From positions 1,275,330-1,339,329 of the forward strand of contig CBDFIU010000004.1 of the NCBI GenBank assembly GCA_965248235.1: a DNA stretch of 64,000 nt, in the 5' to 3' direction. Made by a program: the position numbers and the translations under genes. The DNA is from Bryobacterales bacterium (lineage in GTDB: Bacteria; Acidobacteriota; Terriglobia; Bryobacterales; UBA6623). The notes under the pieces were generated by a model. The model searched no databases and was not told the DNA's origin. It saw only the letters and a program-made list of their open reading frames with translations. How positions within the stretch are numbered: the first letter of the stretch is position 1; each line of letters begins with the position of its first letter. Positions 1 to 9,076 of this stretch are shown here, in pieces.

Positions 1-210
1 CGGAATAGCTTTCAGTTTGCCACCAACCCGCGGAGAGGTACCCGCGAGCGACGTGGCGTACGCCGGCGGCGCGCCGCGAACCGTTTCGTCGGTTCGTCTC
101 CCCGGATTTCGGGGGAACTCGCAACTCGTCAATACAGACACGCCCCGATGACTCGGGGCGCGGCAAGGAGGGAGCCTCACACCACATCAGAGTTAAATGC
201 GGACGGCTTT

Positions 211-636
211 CTAGCCCATGAACCCCATGTTGCTTGAGGGGAAGTTGGCGAGGTTGGGGAACACGGTCGGGAAATCTACTTCGGCCACGCCGAACCAGCG
301 CGCGAGGGTTGCGCCGAAGGTGTCGAGCGACGTCGTGGGAATCCAGCGGCCTCGCTGGTCCGTGCTGTCGGGGCCGGCCGGGTCCAAGGTTGGAAACGTC
401 CCGTAGATCCCGCCCTGCACGGCTCCGCCGAGAACGAACATAGGGCTGCCCCAACCGTGGTCCGTGCCGGCGGTCGCGTTGGGCTCGAACGTTCGCGCGA
501 AATCGGATTCGGTAAAGGTGGTGACGCAGTCTTCAACGAGTAATTCGCCTGTCGCCGTGTAGAACGCATCGATGCAGGCGTCAATGTTCGTCAGCAGATC
601 GAGATGTAGGGGAGCCTGATTCGAGTGATTGTCGGT
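211..636 (-). pseudogene. C-terminal fragment of a DUF1501-family protein
   Basis: Translation has DUF1501 C-terminal motifs (DNH..Q..H..LL, TTFTESDFARTF, GTDHGWG, VLGGAVQGG.YG.FP, RGRWIPTTS, FPNLANF); the N-terminal two-thirds and Tat signal are not present upstream. Confidence 0.75.
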
Positions 637-961
637 CGCGGCGCCGTCCGCGATCAGACTTGGAAACATCCGTCTCAGGTCACCTACGATCAGGAACCAG
701 GGACCCTAAGCCATTTTGCCTCTTTGATCCCACACCTGGGACTTTCTTCATACGCCTCCGCCACAGGTTCGTCAATGTAATCGGGCCAAAATTCTAGGTC
801 GCAGGGGACTAATGTACTGCTCCTCGATCGTGCTCGGTCACGAAACGAATCGCGAGGAGATCGACGTTCCTTTCCCGTTGCGCCCACATTCCCGCGCGGC
901 AATAGGGGCTTCAGGGCGCGGGGGGGACTCCCCACCGTTTGTCAAGTGCTGAGGAAGGGCG

Positions 962-998
962 GTACCCTTCCAGAGCGGCTGCCCAGCGCGGTAGTTCA
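962..998. repeat. 37-bp inverted repeat, right-end copy (partner 2433-2469)
   Basis: GTACCCTTCCAGAGCGGCTGCCCAGCGCGGTAGTTCA is the reverse complement of 2433-2469 with 1 mismatch; includes the transposase stop codon. Confidence 0.95.
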
Positions 999-2252
999 AG
1001 CTGCCGCTTGGGCCGGCGGCTGACGACGGGCGGGGTCATACAGGGTTCCCTGACGAAGCATGGCGCACAGCACGGCCAGAAGTCGGTCCGCAAGACCGCG
1101 CAACGCGCGCCCGTGAGAATGCCCTCGGCTGCGCAACTGATGGTAATGGTGACGACTGTGGGGGTCGTGTTGGATGCTCACTCTCGCCCAATGGTAGAGC
1201 GCGTTGCGTAAACGGTCATTGCAGCCGCGACGCATCAAGACGGCGATCTTTTTGCCACTGCGGCGCGTGATCGGGGCGCTGCCGCAGTAGGCTCGAAGAG
1301 CGGGGTAGTCTCGATGGGCGAGAGCCTGTGAGGCCTCGGCCAGCATCGTGGCGGCGACGACACGTCCGACCCCGGGCAAGGAGAGGATGATCTCGACGTC
1401 GCGATGCTGGTGAGGATCCTCGTCGTCCTCGGACGGGGAAGCGAGTTGCTCCAGCAGGGTTTGGAGGCGCCTGGCCAGCTCGGTTCGCTGCTGGGCGATG
1501 AGTCGCAGATGAGGAATGAGTAGAAGAGCGTGTTCGCTCGCTGCGTCGGCCGTTCCGGCAGCAAGTTGGAATCCCGGCGCTCGCAGTTCGTTGACGATGT
1601 CGGCCGATTGGAGCCGGCGAATGCGGTGGGCGCGAAGCAACTTTTCGATTCGTGCCGGTTTCAGTCGACGAGCCTTTGCGGGGCTGGGAGCCAGTTCCAG
1701 CAGGGCCCAGAGCCAAGCTTCGTTGGCGGCTGGGGACAAGCGCAAAAGCTGCGGGTAGTAGCGATAGAGTTGCTCGCGAAGTTGGCAGCTGTTGCGGTTG
1801 AAGCTGCTACGCAACTCATCGTCGAGACGAGTGAGGTCGCGCAGGCGCATCACGAGCGGGTCGTCGACCTCGATGGCATGGAAGCAATGCGGGTCGGTTC
1901 GCAGCGAGCAAGCCAAGACGAAAGCGTCACGGCGGTCGTCTTTGGCGCCGGCCGGGAAATGCCGGTCTCGGAAACGATCGAGTTGTTTCGGGTTAAGGAA
2001 GAAAGCCGAGAATCCCCGTTCGAGCAGCGTTTCGACCAACGCGCCACGCGGGACTTCGATCGCGACCGCGATGGAAGCCGGCGGGCAGCCGGTCAACTCG
2101 AGCAGTTGATTGAGGAACTCGCCGACCGCCGAACCGGAATGAACGACGGTGCGTTCGTGAACGATCTCGCCCTGGGTGTCGAGCAGACAGATTTGATGGG
2201 CCTCGGTGGCCCAGTCGATACCGACGAAGAATTGAAATGCAGATGCAGACAA
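996..2252 (-). CDS. IS110 family transposase/recombinase (DEDD RuvC-like + Tnp20)
   Basis: GIDW, IEVP and KDDRRDA give the DEDD residues; LPGVG and TRRSGK (catalytic Ser) in the C-terminal domain; TTG start at 2252 follows an AAAGGAG RBS (ORF track start 2390 is too far upstream). Confidence 0.95.
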   Translation of the reverse strand: MSASAFQFFVGIDWATEAHQICLLDTQGEIVHERTVVHSGSAVGEFLNQLLELTGCPPASIAVAIEVPRGALVETLLERGFSAFFLNPKQLDRFRDRHFPAGAKDDRRDAFVLACSLRTDPHCFHAIEVDDPLVMRLRDLTRLDDELRSSFNRNSCQLREQLYRYYPQLLRLSPAANEAWLWALLELAPSPAKARRLKPARIEKLLRAHRIRRLQSADIVNELRAPGFQLAAGTADAASEHALLLIPHLRLIAQQRTELARRLQTLLEQLASPSEDDEDPHQHRDVEIILSLPGVGRVVAATMLAEASQALAHRDYPALRAYCGSAPITRRSGKKIAVLMRRGCNDRLRNALYHWARVSIQHDPHSRHHYHQLRSRGHSHGRALRGLADRLLAVLCAMLRQGTLYDPARRQPPAQAAA

Positions 2253-2269
2253 GACAGACTCCTTTCGCC

Positions 2270-2456
2270 AGCCGCCGCAACCAACGGCACCCCTGTACTG
2301 GCGCTCGAACAAACGGCGCGAACTCCCCACTGGGCTTTCGGTTGCGGACCACACCGGGAGGGCGCAAGTCCCCCCCAGGCGTTCGATCACGCAGGGGGCG
2401 AAGGGCGCTCCTCTCGGGTGGCCGGTCTTCTATGAACTACCGCGCTGGGCAGCCAC
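2270..2456 (-). ncRNA. Putative IS110 bridge RNA
   Basis: Four segments match target and donor in canonical 5'-3' order: CGCCCC (about 2400-2395), G7 (2376-2370), GTGGGGAGT (2330-2322), GTACAGG (2298-2292); RNA ends are estimates. Confidence 0.7.
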
Positions 2457-2469
2457 TCTGGAAGGGTAC
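2433..2469. repeat. 37-bp inverted repeat, left-end copy (partner 962-998)
   Basis: TGAACTACCGCGCTGGGCAGCCACTCTGGAAGGGTAC, 36/37 match to the reverse complement of 962-998. Confidence 0.95.
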
Positions 2470-2541
2470 AGGGGCGCCGACGATGCTCGGTCTTCGGATA
2501 GCGTGTGACGGTTCGGGGCGTTGCTTAAGAACTGATCTGGT

Positions 2542-3157
2542 ATGATTTTCGGCATGCTTGGGGACGAAGAGCGCGCGATTCAACAAGAGACCAGTCGTCA
2601 TTTCCCGGCTTGGGATACCGCCGAGTTGCCCGCGCCTCCTCCTTTTGGTCTCAGAAATTGGACGGCGCTGATCGGTCCCGGACTGGTGTTGGCGGGGTCC
2701 AATATTGGGGGAGGTGAATGGCTTTTCGGCCCTATCGTCACGGCCCGCTACGGCGGCCAAGTGATGTGGTTGGCCACGTTGAGCATCCTGTTTCAGGTTT
2801 TCTATAACTTGGCGGTGATGCGCTATACGCTCTACACCGGCGAGCCGATCATGGTGGGCTTCATGCGTACGAAGCCGGGACCGAAGCTGTGGGCGCCCTT
2901 CTATGTGCTTGCCGATATGGGCGGTGTTTGGCCCTACTTGGCCTCGAACGCCGCTGTCCCGTTGGCGGCCGCTTTTCTCGGAAGACTGCCCGACGCGGGG
3001 GACGATTCGCTGGTCCGCAACTTGGGATACGGGGTTTTCTTGACGGCGTTTGTGCCGCTGATTTTCGGTGGGAAGATCTACAACGCCATCGAACGCTTGA
3101 TGGTGACGAAAATCGTGTTGGTGCTCGGGTATTTGAGTTTCATCGGGCTCTTCATGG
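2542..3157 (+). pseudogene. Nramp/YcsG-like (APC superfamily) transporter, 3'-truncated
   Basis: GPGLVLAGSNIGGGEW, RYTLYTGE and GGKIYNAIE motifs with several TM helices; after FIGLFM the frame runs into the antisense of a sigma54 activator. Confidence 0.8.
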
Positions 3158-3417
3158 CCGAACAACTCGCTCTCCATCAGCGAACCGACCAACGAAGCCG
3201 AATCCACGGCAAGAAACTTCTTGTTCGCCAACGAAGAGACGGAATGGACCGCCCTCGCGACGAGTTCCTTGCCGACGCCGCTCTCTCCGGTGATGAGCAC
3301 GGTCGACGAATCGTTGTGCAGTTTTCGAATGGTTCGCAGGACGCGTTGGATCCGAGGGGAACGGCCGATCAGTCCAAAGTCGTTGGGCGCGTCGTCGAAC
3401 AACAGGTTCTGTTGCAC
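3151..3417 (-). pseudogene. Sigma54-dependent activator, N-terminal part of the AAA+ domain only
   Basis: LIGRSP, VLITGESGVGKELVARAVH (Walker A), ESELFGHE, then breaks off before the expected KGAFTGA. Confidence 0.85.
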
Positions 3418-3492
3418 GGAAGGTTGTTGATGAGATCTTCGGTAATGTCGTCACGGCGGTTTTCCATGCCGCCCGTGATAACTAAGTACTTA

Positions 3493-4353
3493 TTATAGAC
3501 AATCGGGTGGCGGGGGCTGCTCGAACTCACTGACAAACCCGTCGACACCGGAATCGGCCAACTGCTGCTTGAGCCCTCGCGCGGCGGCGGGCCGGGCAAA
3601 ACGGCCGACGATGACCCGATAGCGAGTTCCCTCGGCAAGGCTGCTTTTGACGATTCGGGAGTCGTCGTGGAGGGCGGCCACTTTGTCGTGGAGCAACTCG
3701 GCGTTTTCGAGGACGAAGAAAGATCCGACTTGCACACCGAAAAAGGCCGCGACGGCGCAGGGATCGGGGCCGGCTTGCTCTGCTTCCCGATCGGGTTCAT
3801 GTTGCGGTTGCGGCGCTGTTAGATCGGCCGCGGGCACGACGGCGGGAATGGGCACGGGCGGCGGCGCGGCCGGTTGTTCACGAGGGCGGCCCCTTTGCCC
3901 GGGACGATATCGCATACCCGGTGTGGCAACCACTTCGATCCGCACGCGCGCGGTTCCCGGACCGATCATCTCGATTTTCTTGGCCGCCGCCCGCGACAGA
4001 TCGATGATGCGGCCCTTGACGAACGGGCCGCGATCATTGATGCGAACATCGACGGTTTTGCGGTTGTTGAGATTCTTGACGCGGACCCAGGTATCGAAGG
4101 GCAGCCGTTTGTGGGCGGCCGAGATCTTGTTCATGTCGTAACGCTCGCCGTTGCTGGTGATGCGGCCGTGGTAAGGGCGGCCGTACCAGCTGGCGATGCC
4201 TTGTTGCGTCCAGCCGAGTTGGGCGGGAACGGGCGGAGGCAGCTTCACACGCTTCTTGCCGCCGCAACCGACGGCGAGCAGGAGGCAGGCGACGAGGAGG
4301 AGGCCGAGGGCGGCCGGCCGTGCCGGAGGCACTCTTGCTTTTGGGGTGAGCAC
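3493..4353 (-). CDS. rlpA: Septal ring lytic transglycosylase RlpA family lipoprotein with C-terminal SPOR domain
   Basis: Lipobox LAVGC; GIASWYG, SAAHKRLPF, VRINDRGPF, IIDLSRAAA; SPOR VQVGSF...YRVIVG; start codon uncertain. Confidence 0.9.
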   Translation of the reverse strand: MLTPKARVPPARPAALGLLLVACLLLAVGCGGKKRVKLPPPVPAQLGWTQQGIASWYGRPYHGRITSNGERYDMNKISAAHKRLPFDTWVRVKNLNNRKTVDVRINDRGPFVKGRIIDLSRAAAKKIEMIGPGTARVRIEVVATPGMRYRPGQRGRPREQPAAPPPVPIPAVVPAADLTAPQPQHEPDREAEQAGPDPCAVAAFFGVQVGSFFVLENAELLHDKVAALHDDSRIVKSSLAEGTRYRVIVGRFARPAAARGLKQQLADSGVDGFVSEFEQPPPPDCL

Positions 4354-4399
4354 GGTCCCTTGCGTTCGGGGCTCTGTTTCTACTATCGAGGCTCTTTCT

Positions 4400-5545
4400 T
4401 TAAGCGTCGTTTTTGGGCGTTGGCGGCAGCGGGGCCAGGCCCACACGCTTTCCCACGCGATAGGCGATTGAGCCGTAGATCTTCGCTAACTGCTCGCGGG
4501 CCTCAGCCAGCTCACGGTCGAGGCGCTGGGCCCATTCGGTTCTCTCAGCAGCCCGCGCTTCGGCCCCCTCCAAGTTGTCTCGCGCCTCCTCTACGTCGGC
4601 CTCGAGCGACTCAGCCCATTTCGTTCGTTGGAGCAGTTCCTTGTCGAAACGCGCTTTGATCTGCTTGGCCCAACGGACCTTCTCTTCGTTTTCTTTTTCG
4701 AGAGCGGTGACGGCTTCTTGCGCTTCGCGCTGTTCAGCGCGGTGAATCTCGTCAAGCTGCTTCAACTCTTTCGTCGTCTCGGCCAGCCACTGCTCCTTTT
4801 GCATCACCTCTTGTTTGAGTAGGTGAATATGTTTCTCGCGGTCTCGCAACACATTACCCGACCGCGGCAGATAGACAAAAGCCGGAGAACCATAGAGCGG
4901 CTGCCTCGAACAGACGGCGACAAAAAAATGGGCTTGCGCGGGCTCGGGGACAGCGGTCTCGAGTGTCGTCCGCACACCCTTGACCTCGAGCGGGGTGAAG
5001 GTGATGGCGTTGTTGTGGTTTTCCAGAAACAGGGTCACATGGGGAAAACGCTGTTCGAGCTCTTCGCGAAACTCGACGTAATTGAATTCCCGAACATGAA
5101 AAGGATTTGCTTCAGCCCGCGATTCGGCGTAGTAGTCGCGATTAGGCGTCGAGACGATCAATTGGCCCGACGGAACCAGGACCCGAGCCGTCTCATCGAG
5201 AAAGGCTCCGGGATCCTCGAGATGTTCGATGGCCTCGAAAGCAACGACTACGTCGAAGGATTCCGAGGCGAACGGCAATCGGGCGCAGTCGCCTTGGCAT
5301 TGGCTCAGATTGGCGGCCGCGTACTCGGAGCGACACAGGCGCAACGGCTCCAAGGCGACGTCGACGGCCGCGACCGACGTCGCGCGGCGAGCCAAACGCT
5401 TGGCGCCGTAACCGACGCCGCACCCGGCGTCGAGAACCCTTCGTTCGCTGACAAGTGATTCCGCGAAGCCGTAGCGGGCGATATGTTCATTCAAAAGGTC
5501 GGGGTCGGTTTGCCCCGGGATGACCCGCTCCCCGGTGAATTCCAT
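4400..5545 (-). CDS. Class I SAM-dependent methyltransferase with C-terminal coiled coil
   Basis: FTGER, EHIARY, VLDAGCGVGYG, FEAIEHL, STPN, NPFHVREF; E/K/Q-rich helical C-terminus. Confidence 0.85.
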   Translation of the reverse strand: MEFTGERVIPGQTDPDLLNEHIARYGFAESLVSERRVLDAGCGVGYGAKRLARRATSVAAVDVALEPLRLCRSEYAAANLSQCQGDCARLPFASESFDVVVAFEAIEHLEDPGAFLDETARVLVPSGQLIVSTPNRDYYAESRAEANPFHVREFNYVEFREELEQRFPHVTLFLENHNNAITFTPLEVKGVRTTLETAVPEPAQAHFFVAVCSRQPLYGSPAFVYLPRSGNVLRDREKHIHLLKQEVMQKEQWLAETTKELKQLDEIHRAEQREAQEAVTALEKENEEKVRWAKQIKARFDKELLQRTKWAESLEADVEEARDNLEGAEARAAERTEWAQRLDRELAEAREQLAKIYGSIAYRVGKRVGLAPLPPTPKNDA

Positions 5546-6987
5546 CAGAGTTCCATCTTCCGCGCCACGGCGGCGTAGTCGAGGCCGCCAAAGAACTTGC
5601 TTCGAAACTCGCGCAGCCCCTCGATCTCGTCGAGCGCCGCTAATTCGGGAAAGGCCTCGGGAGCAGGATGCCTCTCATGAATCTCAATGGAAGTAAAGCC
5701 GGCTTCCTCGAGATAGAAGTGCAATTGTTGGGAAGGGACGGGGCGTTGATGAGTTGGATCCAAGTAGAAATCTCCGGCGAAAATCGCCAAGCAGCCCGGG
5801 TTGGGGGTTTCCACGGCGAAGACACCGCCGGCCCCGAGCTTGGCGCCGACCAATCGAATCATCTCGGGCAGACGGTGGGCAGGCAAATGTTCGACAACAT
5901 GCGAGCAGAGAACGCCGTCCAACGAACCGTCCGGTTGGTCGGCTAGAAAAGTGAATAAATCAACAGGACGGATATCGAGGCCCTTTTCGCGACAGGCGGC
6001 GACGGCTTCCGGGTTGGAGTCGACACCAACGGCGTCGAGGCCTTTCTCGCGAGCTAGTTGGAGAAACTCTCCACGACCGCAACCGAGATCGACAATCTTG
6101 TGGCAATCCTTGAAGTAAGGAATGTAAAACGCTTGAGACTGCCGAACATAACCCTCATCCCCGCGGAAACGCTCCCCGAAGCGACTATAGTCGAACAGGA
6201 CCGGCGCAGAAGCGATGGGCGCCACCTTCGAGTCGGACGGTTGCGCGGTTTCCGGTTGGCTCGTCGGGGGCGCTTGCAGGGCGGTTCTTTGCCGGATCAG
6301 ACGTAGCTCGGTGTGGACCAGGCGGTCTTGGTCGGCCTTGAGGGTTTCGATATCCTTCCAGAAGCGGTCTTGGATCTCGCGATTGGTTTGATCGAGCGCT
6401 TGGCGGTATTCGGCCTTCACGCGATCGAGGGCTTGGAGGTAATCTTGGTGCAAGGCGGCGGATCGGGATTCGGAGGCCTGCTCTCGCGCTCGCGCACCCC
6501 CCTCGATCTCTCGGATGCTGTGAAGAAGCTCGATTTCGGAGCGGGTGAGCTTTTCCTCGAACGCGGGCCGCCATTGTTTCCAGTGGTCGAGCATCTCGTC
6601 GACTTGGTGCTTTAAATCCGACTCGGGAGCCCCGACTGCTCGCGCCACACGGAGAATGGCGTGATTTTGCTCAATGGCGACTTCCAATTGCGCGTCCATG
6701 TGTCGTAGAACAGCTTGATTGAAGTCGACCTGATCCCTCACGAACCAGTTGAGTGCGCGGGCAACGCGGCGCTTCGCGGCTTGAATCAGATTGTTGACAA
6801 ACCCCGGAGGGCGAGGGTTGACAGTCCCGATAGCAGCGACTTGTCCCTCGGCTATATCGCGGGCATGACCGAGCGAGTCGAGGGCGGGAAGCGTGAAATC
6901 AGGCAGATCGGGGACGGTTTTTTCGTGACGCCGCTTGACGCCTTCGCGGATTTCATTGACGACCGCGCTGACCTGCTCGGGGGTCAT
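5545..6987 (-). CDS. Coiled-coil protein with C-terminal class I SAM-dependent methyltransferase
   Basis: ERFRG, VDLGCGRGEFL, SHVVEHL, ETPNP, FYLDPTH..P, DYAAVARK; N-terminal coiled coil; TGATG overlap with the next gene. Confidence 0.85.
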   Translation of the reverse strand: MTPEQVSAVVNEIREGVKRRHEKTVPDLPDFTLPALDSLGHARDIAEGQVAAIGTVNPRPPGFVNNLIQAAKRRVARALNWFVRDQVDFNQAVLRHMDAQLEVAIEQNHAILRVARAVGAPESDLKHQVDEMLDHWKQWRPAFEEKLTRSEIELLHSIREIEGGARAREQASESRSAALHQDYLQALDRVKAEYRQALDQTNREIQDRFWKDIETLKADQDRLVHTELRLIRQRTALQAPPTSQPETAQPSDSKVAPIASAPVLFDYSRFGERFRGDEGYVRQSQAFYIPYFKDCHKIVDLGCGRGEFLQLAREKGLDAVGVDSNPEAVAACREKGLDIRPVDLFTFLADQPDGSLDGVLCSHVVEHLPAHRLPEMIRLVGAKLGAGGVFAVETPNPGCLAIFAGDFYLDPTHQRPVPSQQLHFYLEEAGFTSIEIHERHPAPEAFPELAALDEIEGLREFRSKFFGGLDYAAVARKMEL

Positions 6988-7065
6988 ATTCCTATACCTT
7001 ATCAAGGTTCCAGGAGATGACCTCCCAGGCATCGCGCCGATAGACAATCCGACCGAGCCGTCGTG

Positions 7066-7467
7066 TTACGAAGGCCTCACCCGGAAGCCTTGCTCGCGGA
7101 AGTGGCGGTCAACACAGAAGGCCTCGGAGATTCCCAATTCCCGCATCAGGACGAAACTAGCACAATCGACGACGCTAAGCTTCTTACGCCCCGCGAGCAA
7201 GACCATCTCCAGGGCTGTATGATGTTGCGCGGGGTCAATCCACTCGGTGGTGATCAGCGGGAGGACCTCCTCGCGGAACACGCGCACCGCGGTCATCCCC
7301 AGGCGGCGCTGTACAAGGGCTATGCTTTCAACGACGACATAATTGTGCGTGATCAGCCGTGTGCCGTCGTTCAGGATGTTCCGCCACTCGGTGGCGGCGC
7401 GCTCATGATTGTGATCTGTGCGGTCGAGTACGGCGTAGACTGCGGAGGTATCGACGAAGCAACTCAC
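7066..7467 (-). CDS. PIN-domain (VapC-like) toxin
   Basis: FVDTSAVYA, VVVE, LSVVDCASF, DRHF; overlaps the antitoxin stop. Confidence 0.9.
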   Translation of the reverse strand: MSCFVDTSAVYAVLDRTDHNHERAATEWRNILNDGTRLITHNYVVVESIALVQRRLGMTAVRVFREEVLPLITTEWIDPAQHHTALEMVLLAGRKKLSVVDCASFVLMRELGISEAFCVDRHFREQGFRVRPS

Positions 7468-7748
7468 GTGCCCGGATCCTCGTCCGGGGCCGTGTCGCCT
7501 GTCGAATAATAAGCGTCGGCAAGATACCGGTCATGTTCCGAACTGACATCGCCGAGGCCAGAGGAGAAACGCCCCGCGACATCGAGTGCCCGCTGCCGCC
7601 TTTCCTGGTCGCTGGGGCCACGCCGAGTATCGAGGTACAAGTCGACGCCTTGTCGAATCAACTTGGCCATCGATTGACCCTGGGTCGCGGAAAGCTTGCG
7701 TAGCTCTCGCACCTGTCGTTCAGACAACTGAACCTGTGTTCGAATCAT
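7464..7748 (-). CDS. Ribbon-helix-helix (CopG/VapB-like) antitoxin
   Basis: MIRTQVQL...SMAKLIRQGVD RHH pattern and DVSSEHDRYL tail; directly upstream of the PIN toxin. Confidence 0.85.
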   Translation of the reverse strand: MIRTQVQLSERQVRELRKLSATQGQSMAKLIRQGVDLYLDTRRGPSDQERRQRALDVAGRFSSGLGDVSSEHDRYLADAYYSTGDTAPDEDPGT

Positions 7749-7754
7749 GCCATA

Positions 7755-7763
7755 ATGATAACA
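7755..7763 (-). promoter_or_regulatory. Extended -10 (TGtTATCAT), probable leaderless promoter of the TA operon
   Basis: TATCAT ends 6 nt before ATG 7748; no Shine-Dalgarno sequence. Confidence 0.5.
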
Positions 7764-7945
7764 CTTTGCAAGACATGATAGCGGCATCTAAAAGGGAGAT
7801 ACCCCTAGACACAACAGCCGGTTTCTGTTGTGCTGTGCGTCGACCGCCCTGTGGATAGACGCTGGGAGAGGCATTGGTTTGCGGCTGTCTCCACTCAGCG
7901 GCTATGCTGTGGGGGCGAGTGCCGGAGGGTGCTCGGGAGGTTGCC

Positions 7946-8326
7946 ATGATCGATCTTGTCAAGCTGCACCATGTCTCTTTCGCGATTCGGGATCTGGAGG
8001 TTTCGAAACGGTTTTTCGGCGGCGTGTTGGGCTTGCCGGAAATCGAGAGGCCGGGCTTCCGGTTCTCTGGGGCTTGGTATGCGATCGGCGACCGGCAACT
8101 GCATCTCATCGCTGAATCTTCGAATGCCGAGAAAGGCGCCCATGGGCTCGGCCAGTCCGATCACATGGCGCTGGAAGTGCGAAGTGTCGAGGCGGTCAAG
8201 AAGATCCTCGACGATAACGGCATCGAGTACGGCGAGGGCGGCAACAGCAATTTGGGCATGGATCAGATCTTTTGCCGCGATCCCGACGGGCATGTGATCG
8301 AATTCGTCTATTACCACGATAATTAG
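7946..8326 (+). CDS. VOC/glyoxalase family protein
   Basis: LHHVSF, QLHLI, DHMALEV, QIFCRDPDGHVIEF; GGAGG RBS. Confidence 0.9.
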   Translation: MIDLVKLHHVSFAIRDLEVSKRFFGGVLGLPEIERPGFRFSGAWYAIGDRQLHLIAESSNAEKGAHGLGQSDHMALEVRSVEAVKKILDDNGIEYGEGGNSNLGMDQIFCRDPDGHVIEFVYYHDN

Positions 8327-8377
8327 CCCGACCGGGGGCCGCGACCGGGAGGGCGTTACTGCTTTCGGGAGGAGCCG

Positions 8378-8977
8378 ATGACTTCAACCTCAGGAGAATT
8401 CCGAGTGCTGTGCGCGGGCGGCAGCGTGCGGCCGGGAAACCAAACCGCCAAGGCGCTGGCTTACGTCGCCGACGAGATCCGGTCGCGCGGCAACGTCGCG
8501 GTCGATGTCATCGACCCGGCCCGGCTACGGATGCCGCTGCCGGGCACGGCCGCTGATCGCTCGACCATGGAAGAGTTGCAGGCCAAGGTGACCGCGGCAA
8601 CCGGGATTGTCTTGGCCACGCCGGAGTACCACGGCAGCTACAGCAGCGTGATCAAGCTTTTCATCGAGCAGTTGGGGTATCCGTCGGTTCTGAGCGGCAA
8701 ACCGGTTGCGCTGCTCGGCGTCGCCGCCGGCGCGATTGGCGCCATCAAGTCGCTGGAGCACCTTCGCAGCGTCTGTTCGCACGTGGGCGCGATTGTGTTA
8801 CCGGGACCGGTGTCGATCGCCGGCGTCCACAAAGTATTCGACGAGCAGGGCGTTTGCTTGGACCCGGCTATCGAGAAGAGACTGCGGGGACTGGGGACGA
8901 ACCTCGTCGATTACATCCACAACCAGATTTGCCCGCAGGTTGCTTTGGAGCAGATGGTGCGCGAGCGCGAGGGCTAA
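8378..8977 (+). CDS. NADPH-dependent FMN reductase
   Basis: GSVRPG, LATPEYHGSYSSVIK, LSGKPVAL. Confidence 0.9.
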   Translation: MTSTSGEFRVLCAGGSVRPGNQTAKALAYVADEIRSRGNVAVDVIDPARLRMPLPGTAADRSTMEELQAKVTAATGIVLATPEYHGSYSSVIKLFIEQLGYPSVLSGKPVALLGVAAGAIGAIKSLEHLRSVCSHVGAIVLPGPVSIAGVHKVFDEQGVCLDPAIEKRLRGLGTNLVDYIHNQICPQVALEQMVREREG

Positions 8978-9076
8978 TACACGCCGCGCCAAGCGTGCTT
9001 CGGGAGGCTTGGGCGGGGCGAGGGCGGCCGGCCGCGCGCGTGATAGAATAGACGCTTCCGTCGCAACCGCGAGGCA

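Larger units (their letters stand above)
925..2472 (-). mobile_element. Complete IS110-family element (long left end, CC core)
   Basis: IS110 recombinase ORF; TTGACA at 945-940 (minus) near the right end; candidate CC cores at 925-926 and 2471-2472 (register ambiguous within C-runs); about 220-nt non-coding left end. Confidence 0.8.

Noticed and set aside
1..210. Three hairpins near 76-160 as a tRNA, riboswitch or terminator
   Set aside because: No cloverleaf, T-loop, recognisable aptamer or U-tract; context is cut by the window edge
670..920. ORF 690..935 as a gene
   Set aside because: It starts inside the IS110 right end and has no recognisable motif; likely degraded sequence
2437..3498. 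ORFs 2437..3417 and 2542..3498 as genuine overlapping full-length genes
   Set aside because: Each is half real gene and half antisense of the other across a breakpoint
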